DNA of 62,929 nucleotides, filler included, from Alcyonidium flabelliforme (GCA_026167845.1; 25 parts of 25 records of this genome joined end to end with filler, not necessarily neighbours in it); one strand, 5' to 3'; positions 46,682-59,804 are shown, counted from the first letter of the whole stretch. The notes: generated by a model not told the origin, from the letters alone. Numbers and translations: made by a program.

Positions 46682-48065
46682 ATAATATACCCTAGGTTCG
46701 GGGTTTTTCTTTNNNNNNNNNNNNNNNNNNNNNNNNNNNNNNNNNNNNNNNNNNNNTTAATTAATTAANNNNNNNNNNNNNNNNNNNNNNNNNNNNNNNN
46801 NNNNNNNNNNNNTCGAACCAGAATAAAATTTTCTTTCTCTTGTCAAATTTTCAGAAAAATCTAATGACGCTGAACGAAATGCCAGCCCTTTTTGTGATAT
46901 TTTTTTCCGTCGCCCGCTTCCATTTTTTTTAAAGACAATCGCGCTATTTGTTTATGCGCACATAAATGACGCATTGTTTTCTCGCTTAGTTTTAGCATAG
47001 CGTAAACAATGAAATATTGTGAAAACGTAAAGTTGAATTCAAATTTTAGTGAATTTGAACATCGGTTATTTTTATAATCTTGATTTTTTCGGGTAGAGAG
47101 TTTGATATCACTGTTTACTATAATGTTATGCTTTTTCAAATATTAATGTGATAATAAAAAAATATGTCATCTTCATTGCATTTTCAAGTACGGCGCTACA
47201 CTCATATATGGCATAAGTGGGGGTTGAAACGACTCGAAAAATATTTTTATGAAAATCTCTTTGTATTCAATAGTTTGTGTGACAAACAAAGTTCAACTTC
47301 TTCATATACAAATAATGCCTGCTATTGAGGGAAACATTTTCAGGTAGTGTAGCGGTGTATTTTTAACGTTTTGGCCAACACCCAACTACATGTAAGCGGC
47401 TGTATCGTAAAAAGTATCTCGGTGACCCCCAATTTTTATTACACTAATTTAACGAAAAAGAAATTATAAAACTTTTACCAAATTTTCAAAAAAAGTTACG
47501 GTCCCAGTTTTTTTTTATTCAGAAAAATATGTCACGATTTTTGACTTTTTTCCATTTCTCTTGGATTAAATACGCACGTGCAAATTGTTATTGGCGTTCG
47601 GCGTTGCAATAATGTGTACAGTTAATTACGCATATACAAACTCTGTCATGTACAGCGTTTGAACAATCTTTATGGGGACAAATTTGTTTGGAAAATCAAA
47701 TTAATCATGGGGTGGTTTTTACTGGACATTTTCCAAATGGCCGCCAGGTGGCAGCCGTGTAGCTCCGAAATTAATTCGATGACCCCTTGTTTTTTTTTGC
47801 AATTTCGTGTCAGGTATGACAGACCTCCATCTCTGCCAAATATAAAAAAAAGTTACGGTTGGATCTATAATAGCGCGATTGTCTTTAAGGGTTCTATGCA
47901 CAGTGACTTAAAGTCCCTATACCCTCGTAAATTCCACATTTGAAATAATCGATTCCAAGGCTTGTATTTAATTTTAGTACGACGACATTGTATCCAATGT
48001 TATAATCTCGTGAAGTTTTGTTCTATTTTGTGCCTAAAAATTACAAAAAAAAACAAAAAAGAAAG

Positions 48066-48138
48066 TGTCTGCTGCCGGACTCGAACCCGGCATCTTCAAA
48101 ACGTAAGTCTGACGCTCTACTAGCATAGCTAACCGGAC
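48066..48138 (-). pseudogene. tRNA-Val(TAC)-like pseudogene or SINE head
   Basis: Cloverleaf-like with CTTACGT loop and GGTTCGAGTCC; mismatched acceptor stem. Confidence 0.6.
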
Positions 48139-48575
48139 GAAGTTGACTGAACCGTGATTTTATAAGTAATGTTCAATAGGTTCACCTTTTCGTTCATAAT
48201 TCCAGTAAAAACTCTATCAAACAACTAAAGTATGGCGATAAATCAACTTACAAAAGCACATTCTATCTAATTCTATTGATTCCGTCCCTTAGAATGTATG
48301 TTAGTCTAATTTATTCATAAAAACAACAATCAACCGACATCTTGTAGATCATGTGACTAGCTTGTTGCTGTTGTGGATTTGCCGATTTGTCTACGATTAG
48401 CAAAACATCTCCAAATTCATTATTTTCAACAAATTGTTACGTTTTAATATTTGGAAGGTGTAAAAGTTAGTATTTAACTATAATAGGGGTGCCAAAAGTG
48501 CGCTGGGGCTGGAAAAAAGGACCAAACGGGAGATTAATGTATCTTTAAATAATATGCCATACTTTTATTGAGCAG

Positions 48576-49104
48576 TATAGAATAGAATAGAATAGAATAG
48601 AATTTTTTATTATAGTGACTTGTGTAAACACCCAGCCCTATTTGGGCTTATAAGTCACTTTATATATACAAACATTACAACAATTTACATAACTAATAAA
48701 TACAAAATTGTGTTATAGCACAGACTACAGGAGTAAACATTTCAAATATAAATACAGCCAGTTCTACGTTCAAAAGCAAGTTTAATAAACCACCCTGTAT
48801 GCTTAAAAACATCTTTTTCCATTAATATTTTTAGTTTTTCAATATTATCAAGTCCAAGAAAATGAGGATACTTTAAAATAACTTTAGAATAAGGTTCGTT
48901 TCTTAAATCAGTATATAAATTACATTCAAATAAAGAATGACACTGATTCAGGGGACATCATCAGTATTACAAAAAATACAAACTCTTTCATTTAATTGTA
49001 AACCTTGAAAACGTCCTGTTTCAATCCTTAATTGTAAAGTGCCTATTCGTATTTGAGCTATGTACGACCTAAGTGATCTTGAAATATGCATACAAATATA
49101 TGGT
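48576..49104 (-). mobile_element. 3' end of a CR1/L2-group LINE (decayed)
   Basis: AQIRIGTLQLRIETGRF...ERVCIFC C-terminal motif, 3' stem-loop, AATAAA and (TTCTA)n tail. Confidence 0.7.
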
Positions 49105-51576
49105 NNNNNNNNNNNNNNNNNNNNNNNNNNNNNNNNNNNNNNNNNNNNTTAATTAATTAANNNNNNNNNNNNNNNNNNNNNNNNNNNNNNNNNNNNNNNN
49201 NNNNTCAGTTTGCAGGTCGACTCTAGGGGCGTCTGGCAGAGTAAGGAATGTCGGCTCCAGCGACATGCTCTCCTCTCCTCCGCCTCCAGACACTAGCTCG
49301 AGGTTTGGCTTGGTCTGGGGTGGCGGCATTGATGTTGCTCCCGTCGCAATGGTGACCCTGTCATTGCGACTCGACAACATCTCGCCAGTTGAGATAGCTC
49401 TCGCAGCCCCCCTTATTGGAACTGACGCACTAGCTATCTCCCTAGTACGTCTCAACAATAAGGTGCTCTTTCTAGCTGGGATGGCTCTAAAGTCGAGTGG
49501 TTGCTACCGTCGGACTAGCCATCTCTCTAGTCCGACTCGACAACGACCGACCCTCTCTGCTGTATTTCTCAGGTTCTGGATTGTGCCTTAAACTGCGACA
49601 ATCCGTCTCGTGTATACTATCGTGGTCAGGAGTCGTGCTATCTCTTAATAAAGAGTTGATCACGACCTGGCGACTACGGGTGTAACGGTGCGACTGCAAG
49701 GAGTCGAAACCTGGTGGTTCTAAAACCCTTTCTCCATTAATGGGTACTCTCTGGCTGTCGGAGCTATCCATCTTAACGTAAGTCTCACGACTCAGTGCAA
49801 ATGAATTTACTGACTAAACCTCTGTCGAGGTCTCCCTTATTTGATAAGGGGTAGGATTTTCGACTTTACTACCGAAGCTAACCCGACTTTACAGAAGGGC
49901 GAAACGTGCAGTAGGTCGAAAATAACTCCGAAGAAACCGGAACCAGCGTGAATTCGATTACAAGAAGTTGCACAATGAGTAGACTAAGTTGAAATTAATG
50001 CCTTCACAAAAATTCCAACTAAATGTGATATAGTTAGAAACAGATGTTTGGACAAGAATTCCTAGCTACTATTATTGTACAAACTTACAAGAATCGTCAC
50101 TGCTGCCTCCAATGAAGTGTAGAAGGTACTTCCAGTTCCAGTTGCTACTTGTACTTATTTAGACAAGACAGTTAACACAGAGAGCAAGAATGGCATTGGC
50201 GGGGCCAACACAGGTAAAGTGAGTGTTTATTGCCCCTTGGATAATAGTTACAGCAGAAGATGACAATATTACAGTGTATATAATATTGTGTAAGAGTAAT
50301 GCAATACGGAGGTACTTAGCAAGTCTATGACTGCACAATACAACGAATATCACAGAACTGAAGGCTGTTAGACAAGGTACAAATAAGCAGTAACGGGTAG
50401 CAATGTAATTACGTTAGAGTTCTGAGGATTACTGCTTATTAACTATTGTCCTCCAGAAGGTACATGCTACATGCACACTAGTTAAGGCAATTACTGTTCT
50501 TAACTAATAGACTGGTAGTAATCTATGCAAGTAGCGATACAGATATATTATGGCCGAGTGGTATCCATAATATATTAACTGTTTCCAACATGTATGTCTT
50601 CTGGGTAGGAAAGGATAACTGGATCTTGTCAGCGTATAGGATCTGCATGCAGTAGACTTGGCTAGGCCATCAATAATCATACAGCATGCTAGTATCTTCT
50701 ATAAGCTTGTGGTCATCCTTCTATGCCATGTACTGTGGGATGATGTGACTTAGGTGGATCTGCAGGCCCAATAGCTGCCTGGTCACAAGAGAGGGTAAGA
50801 ATACATTTACATAACATATCCCGCACCATTTGAGAGTTAGGGCCCCCCAACTCTCCAAATAACCACTCCAGGGTTAGGATATCTTGGGACCCAGGAGGTC
50901 GCAACCATAGCTTCATACACATGTGTATGGCGGCACTCACCGCTACTCCCAGACCCCTCAATCCCTATATACAGTATGAGATATGCTATGCTTATGCAAC
51001 TTACATGACTCCGTAGGCCAGGTCCTGTTACGGGTTCCACGTCAGAGTCCAGAGCAATCTCATCATTCTGTGTGGGTATGGAGGTGGTAAGTCCAGTGGA
51101 GATCTTGTCCTTGGTGTTAGGTAGGCTATCTACATCACTGTCATCCATCCATCCATCCTCACTAGTGATCTCACTTCAGTTCATGGTACGTGGTGCGTCT
51201 TCTGTTTTGTCAACTTCTGCCGCTGGAGAGACATCCTTCTGTAGTAGTAGTTGTATGCTGTGAGAGGTCCTTAGTGTAACGCAGTTCAGAGTAGAATGAA
51301 TGTCTAGAGCCTTGCAATTTCCTTGAACTAATTGTGCTTGGCAGCTTTATTCCAAAAAGCGTCCTCCAAGCCACAACTTAGTCAAGAAATGCTAAACTAC
51401 TAAACACCCGGATGTACTCTCTGATTGGTTACTGACGTCTCATGTTTCCAACGTACTACTCTAGCGTGAGTGTTCCNNNNNNNNNNNNNNNNNNNNNNNN
51501 NNNNNNNNNNNNNNNNNNNNTTAATTAATTAANNNNNNNNNNNNNNNNNNNNNNNNNNNNNNNNNNNNNNNNNNNN

Positions 51577-53826
51577 TCAGATGCTTGATCTAAGTCAGAC
51601 TTGAGCAGCTCGCCAAGATTGTTTGCTTTGGCTTCCAGATGCATCGCTTCTAGGCGAGTTTTTGTTTCTGGCAGATCGTTAGATAGATTTTTATAAGCGG
51701 TACTATTTGCCTCGCCATTCACTGCCATTTCAGTGAGGGCGCTGGACAGCTGTTTGACATTTGCTTCAGTAATCAATATTTCATTGACCAACTGACGGTT
51801 AGATTCGGCTTGCTCTAGCGCAGCGCTGGCGGCTTGCTCTTCAGCAACGACCAATTCATCAGCCGTTTGGATGACATTTTTTTGTGCTTCAGCCAATCGC
51901 TCAGCAGACTCAGCGCTGGTCTCAAAGTTATTGCGCACATCATCGAATGAGCGGTCAGTGACCATCGCATCAAGATAAGCGACGCCACGGCCTAGCTCAT
52001 CACCAAACGAGCGTACGGCTGAGCTGTTTTCGTACATACTATCGCCGATGGCTGACCCAATCGTCCATCCGGCCGCCGCAGCGAATAGCCCACTAAGACT
52101 GGTCATACGTGCCGCTAAGCTACCAGCTGCGACATTTGCACCTAGTATTGAGGTTGTCGCTCTTGTCATACCAGCACTGATACTAGCGCCCGCCGTTACA
52201 CCAGCAGCACCCGCTAGAGCAATCGTACTCTTGAGAGCAACCATTGCTACTTGAGCACCGGCAACCAGTACCAGCAGCTTAGTGACCATCGGAAAGCTTT
52301 CGGCAAAGCTATTAATCGCACCCGCAACGCCTGCGACACCACTAGCAGTCGCGCTAACGATAGGTAGTAAGTGCTGACCCAGTGTTTGAGTTAATGCCAT
52401 GAGCGATGCTTCAGCGCGTGCAGCACTGGCTGCTGATGTAGACATCTGCGCTTCAAACTCAGTCTGCATTGCGCCAGCAGTTTTGTTTTTGTCCGCAGTC
52501 AGACCCAGCGCGGCGTTATAGGTGTCCAAGCTACCGACCAATAGATTGACATCATCAGAGTACTCTTGACCAAACAGCTTAAACGTAGCGATAGCACGCT
52601 GTTGGTCGTCAAGCTCACTCAATGTCTCCAAGAAATTGGATAATGCTTCTTGTGGATTGGCATTGATGTCTTTTGCTAATTGCTCAGATGACAGTCCGAT
52701 GCCGTCAAGCGCATCTTGGAAGCCTTTGCCTTGTACTTGTGCGGTTTGCAACTTAGTTAACAAGCCATTGACGGCAGTAGCAGCGACTTCTGGCGTCTTG
52801 CCTAAAGCGATAAAAGCAGCTGACAGTGCAGCAGCTTACTCTTCAGCCAGTCCAAACTGCTTAGACGTACCACCAATGCGGATCATTGAGTTGATAATGT
52901 CAGGCTCAGTCGCAGCGGTATTATTGCCTAGCGTATTGATGGCGTCGCCGAGCGCTTCTACGTCCTGCATTGAGATGCCAAAGACGTTGGCAAGCTGTGC
53001 CGCAGACTCAGCGGCTTCATCGGCTGAGATACCGAAAGCGACTGACATCTTGCCCGCCATTTCAGTAAATTCGCCGAGCTGCTCGATAGGTACGCCAAGC
53101 TGACCGCCTTGTGCCGCGATGTCTGCTACTGCCTCGCTGCTTAAGCCTAGATCAATCGATAGTTGCTTAATCTCGGTAGATAAGGCTTGGATTTGCTCTG
53201 GTGAGCCATCAACGGTCTTTTTGACACCAGCCATGGCTGCTTCGAACTGCATTGCTGCCTGCACGGCCACAGTCAATCCGCCAGCCGCAGCAGTGACCTT
53301 GCCAAGCTCGGTTGCAAAGTCGGTCGTTTCATCGGTGGCATCAGATAGGCTGTCTTCTAGCTCTTGCACCCGCTGTGTGTGTATTTCAGTTGCGGCCGCT
53401 AGCTCTGAGCTAGACAATGTGCCGCTATCGCGTAGCAGCTCGTAGGCTTGGTTGATTTCTTCGATTTGTGCTAGAGCCGCGTCATCAGTCTCGATACCAA
53501 GGATTATTTTGGCTTTGGCGATTTCGCTCAGGCTTTCAGCTTCAGCATTCAGCTCTGCGAGGGCTTCGGTCGCGGCGGCGCTTTGGGCTGACAGTTCGGC
53601 AGATTGACCAGCGAGGTCGGTAGTAGACAGACCAGTATCTGCCATCGCCTGACGGGTCGCGCTTAGCTCGCCGTTTAGATTGGTGTATTCGTCTTTGAGC
53701 TTGCCCGCAGCTATGACAGACTGTTCATGCGCCTTGGCGTAGTTTTCGACTTCCTTGGCGGCCGCTTTGTATTCATCTTTTTGAGCCTTAGTGACTTCGT
53801 CAGACGCTTCCATTGAGGCTTTTAGC
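51577..53826 (-). pseudogene. Phage tail tape measure protein (TP901-type core) with an in-frame TAA at 52836-52838; partial at both ends
   Basis: FEAAMAGVKKTVD, AAQGGQLG, GDAINTLGNN; the frame continues unchanged after the stop. Confidence 0.85.
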
Positions 53827-55279
53827 NNNNNNNNNNNNNNNNNNNNNNNNNNNNNNNNNNNNNNNNNNNNTTAATTAATTAANNNNNNNNNNNNNNNNNN
53901 NNNNNNNNNNNNNNNNNNNNNNNNNNTTGTTTTAGAATAATTAGTTAAATGGCTCAATTTCAAAAATATAAACAATTACAGGTTTGTTACGTATGTTAAC
54001 AATGTTATTAACAAACAAACCAATTTCCTTTTCCTAAATATTAATGGGCATAAAGTTTTCAAAATTCAGTGGTATTAGTTTTAATTGAAGGCTGTAACTG
54101 AGTTGCATAGAATCAGTCCGATTGAAAAATTCCACAAGTTCAGCATGTACATGTCAGAGAAAATAACATCGTCAACAGTATTTAATTGAAGCGCCTACTT
54201 CCTGATGACATCATCAATTAGTTAAAACGAATTCACAAATGTAGTGTTGTAGTACAATTCTAATAAAAACAGCAAAGTCGCAACATGTTTTGATGGAGCC
54301 TCCTCTATTGTCATGGTTTATCACAACCCGATAGAACATACATCAACATTTTTCCAAAGTTGTTATGAAAAATTAAACTCAAACCATTCCCTTCATACTG
54401 GACGAATCATCGCTCTCGTTTTACAATCATCGCCATGCTTCCATCATCACTGCAGTGCTTCCACAATCATCGCAGAGATTTTGAAACGACTGTGCAGTGA
54501 TTCTTCTAATATTATGGGAATCACCTACCATAACTATCAGCCTCCAGTTAAGACAAAGCTCCAAACTTCTTGAATCATCGGAAACGAGGACTTTTCCGAA
54601 AATCGAATTTTTGGGGCGCTTTTTTTAATCATAACAAATATTCACTGCATGTGTTTTTGTGAAAAGGAACTTCCATTCTGACAGTTTTAAATCAGTGTTA
54701 TAACCAATGTAAAAGAAAGCAGAAAAAATAATAAAAAATCTCCCTCTCCATGTTTCTTTCAGTCAACTTTGAAAAATCATTTATTCGTCCTATAAAAAGT
54801 GTGTCAGTTAACAATAGATTTCCATAACAGTAGGGTTTCCTGCTAGCAGTCAGTTGGATCATTGATTCCTGATGATGTACAGATTATAAATATCTTTTTA
54901 ATGTTGAGGGAAACTTTGATTTTCTTCCACATTGGGTACCGACGTTCCGCAGATATTGGTCTGGATTTCAGAAATGTTGATATAGTAAAGGTCTGGTACT
55001 CACTGATTTCAGTATATTGATTGTGATTTTTTGGAAAATTTGTGCATGATGGTATTGACAATTTGCATTTTTTTTATATGGGTGCCTTAGCGTTGCTGGG
55101 TATTGAAATGGATGTGCTTCTTGCCTTGAGCGCCGGGACCTTATTGTACATTCTATCAAAGACCCCCTCTCTACGACGTCAACATAGCATGCACAACTAA
55201 ATATAAAAATTCCTACGTATTAAACTAGTGACAAAAAAGGGATTTGAGTTCAAATTTTTTGAAACATATAGAAATGATC

Positions 55280-55750
55280 ATGTTGAAACAACATAGAAAA
55301 TAACATAGTCGGACATTTTTAAGGACACAACCAATTAACCAAATTCATTTGATGTCATTTTCACACTACAATTACCAAAAAGTGAGAAAAAATCTGGAAA
55401 AAACAGAAACTAGCACATTTGACCTTCATACGACTTTGACCTATGAAATATACAAAAAATAATTCACATATCTTCATTTCTTATGAATAAACCAATTGGT
55501 ATCATTTTAAAACTACTATCACCAAAACGGCGGGCAAAAGATCGACAAAAAGTAGGAAATTGCAACTTTGACCTTCAAGTGACCTTGACCTTACGTGCAG
55601 TGTTGAATAAAAATGGTTTATTAAACATCAGTTCTCATGAATAAGTCAACTGATATCATTTTCAACCCAAATTGCCAAAAGAATGGAAGAAATTACAGAA
55701 AAAAATGCAAAATGCAACTTTGACCTTCAAATGACCTTGACCTTGACCTT
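55280..55750. repeat. About three 150-bp degenerate tandem units rich in TGACCT, in a eukaryotic repeat contig
   Basis: TTTGACCTTCA...GAC(C/T)TTGACCT at 55418, 55567 and 55719. Confidence 0.65.
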
Positions 55751-56317
55751 TTCATATGTGGAAATGAAGAAAAAGAATCACAATAACTTAAAGCATTAAG
55801 TTTTATTAAATAATAATGTCAAAAAATCCTTATGTTGAGCTTTAACAAGCCAACACCCTATTTGACCTAATTAATATGCTAATTATGCTAATTATGCAAA
55901 TTCCCCAGAGGGAATTTTGAAAAAAATGCTCATTTGGTTCATTGCTCATCATAAGGAAGGTTTGCTGAAAAAATCAGCTTTCTACATTTTTTTTCCGGGT
56001 CAAGTGCTAATTCTCCTGAGGTATCTGGGAAAAAGTTTGAATTTTTGTAAACAAAGGTTTGTTTACATTGTTTCAAAACAATTGCAAATTTTACCAAATT
56101 GTAAACAAAGTATAAATTTCAAAACTGTCGAACTAATTNNNNNNNNNNNNNNNNNNNNNNNNNNNNNNNNNNNNNNNNNNNNTTAATTAATTAANNNNNN
56201 NNNNNNNNNNNNNNNNNNNNNNNNNNNNNNNNNNNNNNCGTCCGATGTTTTTTAAAGGAATGTTGCCCGACGTTCTTATCAAAAAACGTCGGCCAGAACC
56301 ACGACGTATAGAAAGAC

Positions 56318-56719
56318 CCATCGTTGTCTCTTCTCACTTCGAACAATCCATTCATCATGATCAACCGAACAAACGTATGTTGTGTTTGCAAACTCCAAAC
56401 ATTATCATTACTTCGTTTTACTCCGAACAACGTTATGATTAACCACACACCCGGAACATTATTGGAAGAACGTCTAGGAATTTGTTCGCGTTGTAAACGA
56501 CTGAACCGTGTAATATTGTTTGATTTAAATACAAACTTTATAAAACTATATCTATATCGTTGTTACCTTTTGTATCTTACTGCTAGAAATACTTTTTATC
56601 TTGATTAACACCTCGATTAAACGTTTTGATTTATAAAAAAAAACCATCATTGTCTCTTCTTACTTTGAACAATCCATTCATTATAATTAATCGAATAAAC
56701 GTATGTTGTGTTTGCAAAC
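56318..56719. repeat. Direct repeat pair of about 76 bp (starting near 56318 and 56644)
   Basis: Direct alignment shows 8 substitutions. Confidence 0.8.
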
Positions 56720-56930
56720 GATTTATTTGTGTAAATATATGGTAATGGTATAAAAAACGTATATCGGTAACAGAAAAAGTATAGTCTTATAATATAATAT
56801 ATATATAATATACAGCATAATGGTATAAAAACATATATTAGTATTAGAAAAGTATACAGTCTTATAATATTTAATATATTGGTATAATGGAATAAAAAAC
56901 ATCTATCAGTAACAGAAAAGTATACAGTCT

Positions 56931-57518
56931 TTAGACAAAGGAAGTCTCTATAGACGGTACGATTGTAGCTGCTGGCTCAGAAGTACCAGATCCATAGACA
57001 TGAGTACCATCCCATCCTTCTGTTCCACCATCAGCGAGGATTCCACCAACACTTTCAGACCCAAAAAGACACGGCACAGTGTATCGGACTGCGTGATCCA
57101 GTATTTCGCCTCCAGGAATTTCGACCATCCGGTTGCCAAAACGTTGAACAGTCCATTGTTTTGAAAGTAGTATGAGGAACAAAACGCAGTAGTCTCCACA
57201 AACGGTTGAGAGGAGTTCCTGGAGTCTGGGCCTCACGCGAGTAAATACTTTACCTCGAGAGCCTCGTCGAAGAATCGACTCTAAACCATCATAAGCGGAT
57301 GGTGGTAGTGCATATGAGTCAAAGAAAGTCACAGACAGTCGGGACGAGCTGATGGCGAGCCAATGCTCGCCGGGTTTGTCAGAGGTCTGATTGTTAAATA
57401 CATAGAAACCATCCCCGCTTATGGGAAATAACGTTTCAAGTTCATCGAGAGCAAACACCCCTTTGAAACGAGTGCCTCAAACCTGACGGAGGGCTCTGTC
57501 AATGTTTTCTCCATTCAT
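56931..57518 (-). pseudogene. Polinton/adintovirus adenain-like cysteine protease with an in-frame TGA at codon 14
   Basis: F.GVF, PGEHW, FFDS and LQ..STVCG catalytic motifs; TGA at 57477-57479. Confidence 0.82.
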
Positions 57519-57592
57519 TTGTAGACTGCAAAGACCCGTCGTAAGTAACCACTAAGACAACAATGAGTGTTGTATTGCTATCCTCAGCGTTA

Positions 57593-58425
57593 TTAAAGAC
57601 CTCCACTAGCAAAGGTCACCCGTTGTTCGTGATCGAGTGAAATAAGATCATCTCGTAGTTGATAGACAAACATGCTGAGGGTGTGAGGGGTCGCCTGAGA
57701 GAAGCGAACGTTGAGTATGAGCGAACCTGTTTTGAGCAAGTGAGCCCCGGCTCCGGATCCTCGCTCACATGGAAGATCACCGGTGCGATCAAAACCAAAA
57801 AAGGTGCGTCCGTCCGCATAAGCCGCAGAAGTTAGACCATTTGAGGACTCGGGGTAGGCAGCACCCACAGATGACATAAGATTCATGTATGAGCGAGCAT
57901 AGTTGTTGGTGGTAAAGTTGGGTTCATACCGTTTTCCAATGGGAACACCATCAACGAGAAGTTCTACGGAAGAAACGTTGTTGTGTTTGAATCTGAACGG
58001 ATTCTTTGTGTAGTCACCAGTCTTTGCATCATGGTCGACGACTCCACAGATGAGAATTTTTGGATGTTGTCCATTGTGTTCTACGGGTATGCGAACTTCC
58101 TGTAATCCAGCGCCAACAACGTGGAACTGTGTTCCGACTTTATTGATGGGATATTTGAGTTCTCCTCCATCTACCAGTACAGCCAACTGTGCTGCATGAA
58201 TGGACGGATTAGGCGTAACCTTTCTAACGTAAAGTTGTATTTTTTTAATGGAGAATTGACAACCACCACCGGGAGCGTTATTTGCCGAAAGTCCACAAAA
58301 CGATGGTTCGGTTCGACGGAGTTGGAGTGCGCAGCGGGTGCCCGGAAATATATACCGTTCCTGCTCAAAAACGCTCAAACGCAGCTTTCCATAATATGAA
58401 AAACTGCTGTCACCGCCATACGTTC
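57593..58425 (-). CDS. Polinton/adintovirus major capsid protein, C-terminal part
   Basis: G...KNPFRFKH, YEPNF, G.TFFGFD and GSLILNVRF motifs; adjacent to the protease. Confidence 0.8.
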
Positions 58426-58525
58426 NNNNNNNNNNNNNNNNNNNNNNNNNNNNNNNNNNNNNNNNNNNNTTAATTAATTAANNNNNNNNNNNNNNNNNNN
58501 NNNNNNNNNNNNNNNNNNNNNNNNN

Positions 58526-58674
58526 GCCGGCAGTTGGAATTGCGTGAGGCAATAACCGATCGGAAAGAATACATCGGCCTGAGCAGTTGGATCGCTCTCG
58601 ACAAAGATCCCAATGCGGCCGGCAATCTTCACTAGTTCGGCAGCCGCTGCGACTGTTGGTAGTACGTTAGCCAT
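58526..58674 (-). CDS. Probable major tail protein, N-terminus (truncated)
   Basis: Starts 1 nt after the upstream stop; inferred from position in the module. Confidence 0.5.
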
Positions 58675-58675
58675 T

Positions 58676-59245
58676 TCAAATGCTCTCCCAATAAGGTCTT
58701 AGTTCAACGCTCAAGGAGCGCACAAAGCCGCCAAACGAAGCGGCCAAAATGTTTGCGTATTGATATTCGTCGGATGAGTTGACGACTTTGGCCTGTTGGA
58801 TGTGCATACCGCCCATACACTTTAAGCCCGTCGTACAATCCCAACACAAATCGGCGATCGCTTCACGTAGCGCCAGCTTGATCGCGTCGGCCTCCTCCAG
58901 ATCGAATGAGACGATCTCCACCGCGAAACTCACCTCGATTGGCTTCGTGGAATCGTTGCAACCGGTGACGCATTCGGAGGTGATCTCATCCTCAAGCTCA
59001 TACCACATATAAGGCCGAGCGTGCCGCGTATCATCCTCGCACGGCATCCACGTTTGGTTTTTGGATTGCTCACGGTTTACACACCATTTATCCCACATCC
59101 ACTGCTGCGGTACCGATTCCTTGTGGATGGCAACCTCATCATGCTCACCGTTTTTGTATCCGAGCAAATTCAGCAAACCGGCATCGGCCGCGAGGTACGC
59201 ACGGAAAGCCGGAGATACGTCGTTGATGGTTAGTATGCTACCCAT
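58676..59245 (-). CDS. Probable tail terminator/completion protein
   Basis: Gene order; RPY.WY and AD.I..ALR.A pattern. Confidence 0.55.
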   Translation of the reverse strand: MGSILTINDVSPAFRAYLAADAGLLNLLGYKNGEHDEVAIHKESVPQQWMWDKWCVNREQSKNQTWMPCEDDTRHARPYMWYELEDEITSECVTGCNDSTKPIEVSFAVEIVSFDLEEADAIKLALREAIADLCWDCTTGLKCMGGMHIQQAKVVNSSDEYQYANILAASFGGFVRSLSVELRPYWESI

Positions 59246-59804
59246 TAAATAGTCGTTTCAATTCTCGTGTGAGCACTCGGTGGAATCCTTCACTAAACCA
59301 AGTCATCACGATGACGATTGGAATACTCCGCGTGACCTGATCTCTAATGTGCTTGCCGGCAAATCCCGGATGCTGGCTAGCCTGTCCCGAGAGCGTGCCG
59401 ATGCGACGCGTGTTGTCGTGAGGCTTAACTCCTAAGTTGATCAAGTGCCATGTTGCCGCTTGTTCTCTAAACGTTTTTCGTGGAGCAATCCGGAGCCGAT
59501 ACGATCGGCCTTTGCTCTTTGCCCTGCCTACTTTGTTTCCTGTCCTCTTTGCAATGGCCTCTTGCGCCCTCGCGAGATTTTTAGCCGAACGAGAGACGGT
59601 AACCTGTTGACCGATAGACCGAGCATGATTGCGATAGCCAGCGGATCGCGTTCTCTTCTTGAGCTTCTTGTTGAAGTTTCCGCCGATCTTCGAAAAGCCG
59701 GCACGCGTTGCCTTGTTGAGAATTTTGTCATCGGCCCCAAGCTTTCTAGCCGCACGCTGTAGGCGGACAATTTCTTTCGTGTCTGCTTTCACCAGCGGTT
59801 GCAC
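59238..59804 (-). CDS. HK97 gp10-like tail-completion protein (very basic)
   Basis: WHLINLGVKPH...HPG motif; gene order. Confidence 0.6.
   Translation of the reverse strand: MQPLVKADTKEIVRLQRAARKLGADDKILNKATRAGFSKIGGNFNKKLKKRTRSAGYRNHARSIGQQVTVSRSAKNLARAQEAIAKRTGNKVGRAKSKGRSYRLRIAPRKTFREQAATWHLINLGVKPHDNTRRIGTLSGQASQHPGFAGKHIRDQVTRSIPIVIVMTWFSEGFHRVLTRELKRLFNG

Noticed and set aside
48066..48138. Functional tRNA-Val gene (and a tRNA at 5917-5997)
   Set aside because: Acceptor and T stems are mismatched or irregular; treated as tRNA-derived repeats.
52836..52838. Alternative genetic code in the phage
   Set aside because: There is only one internal TAA in about 750 codons, which fits a point mutation or error.
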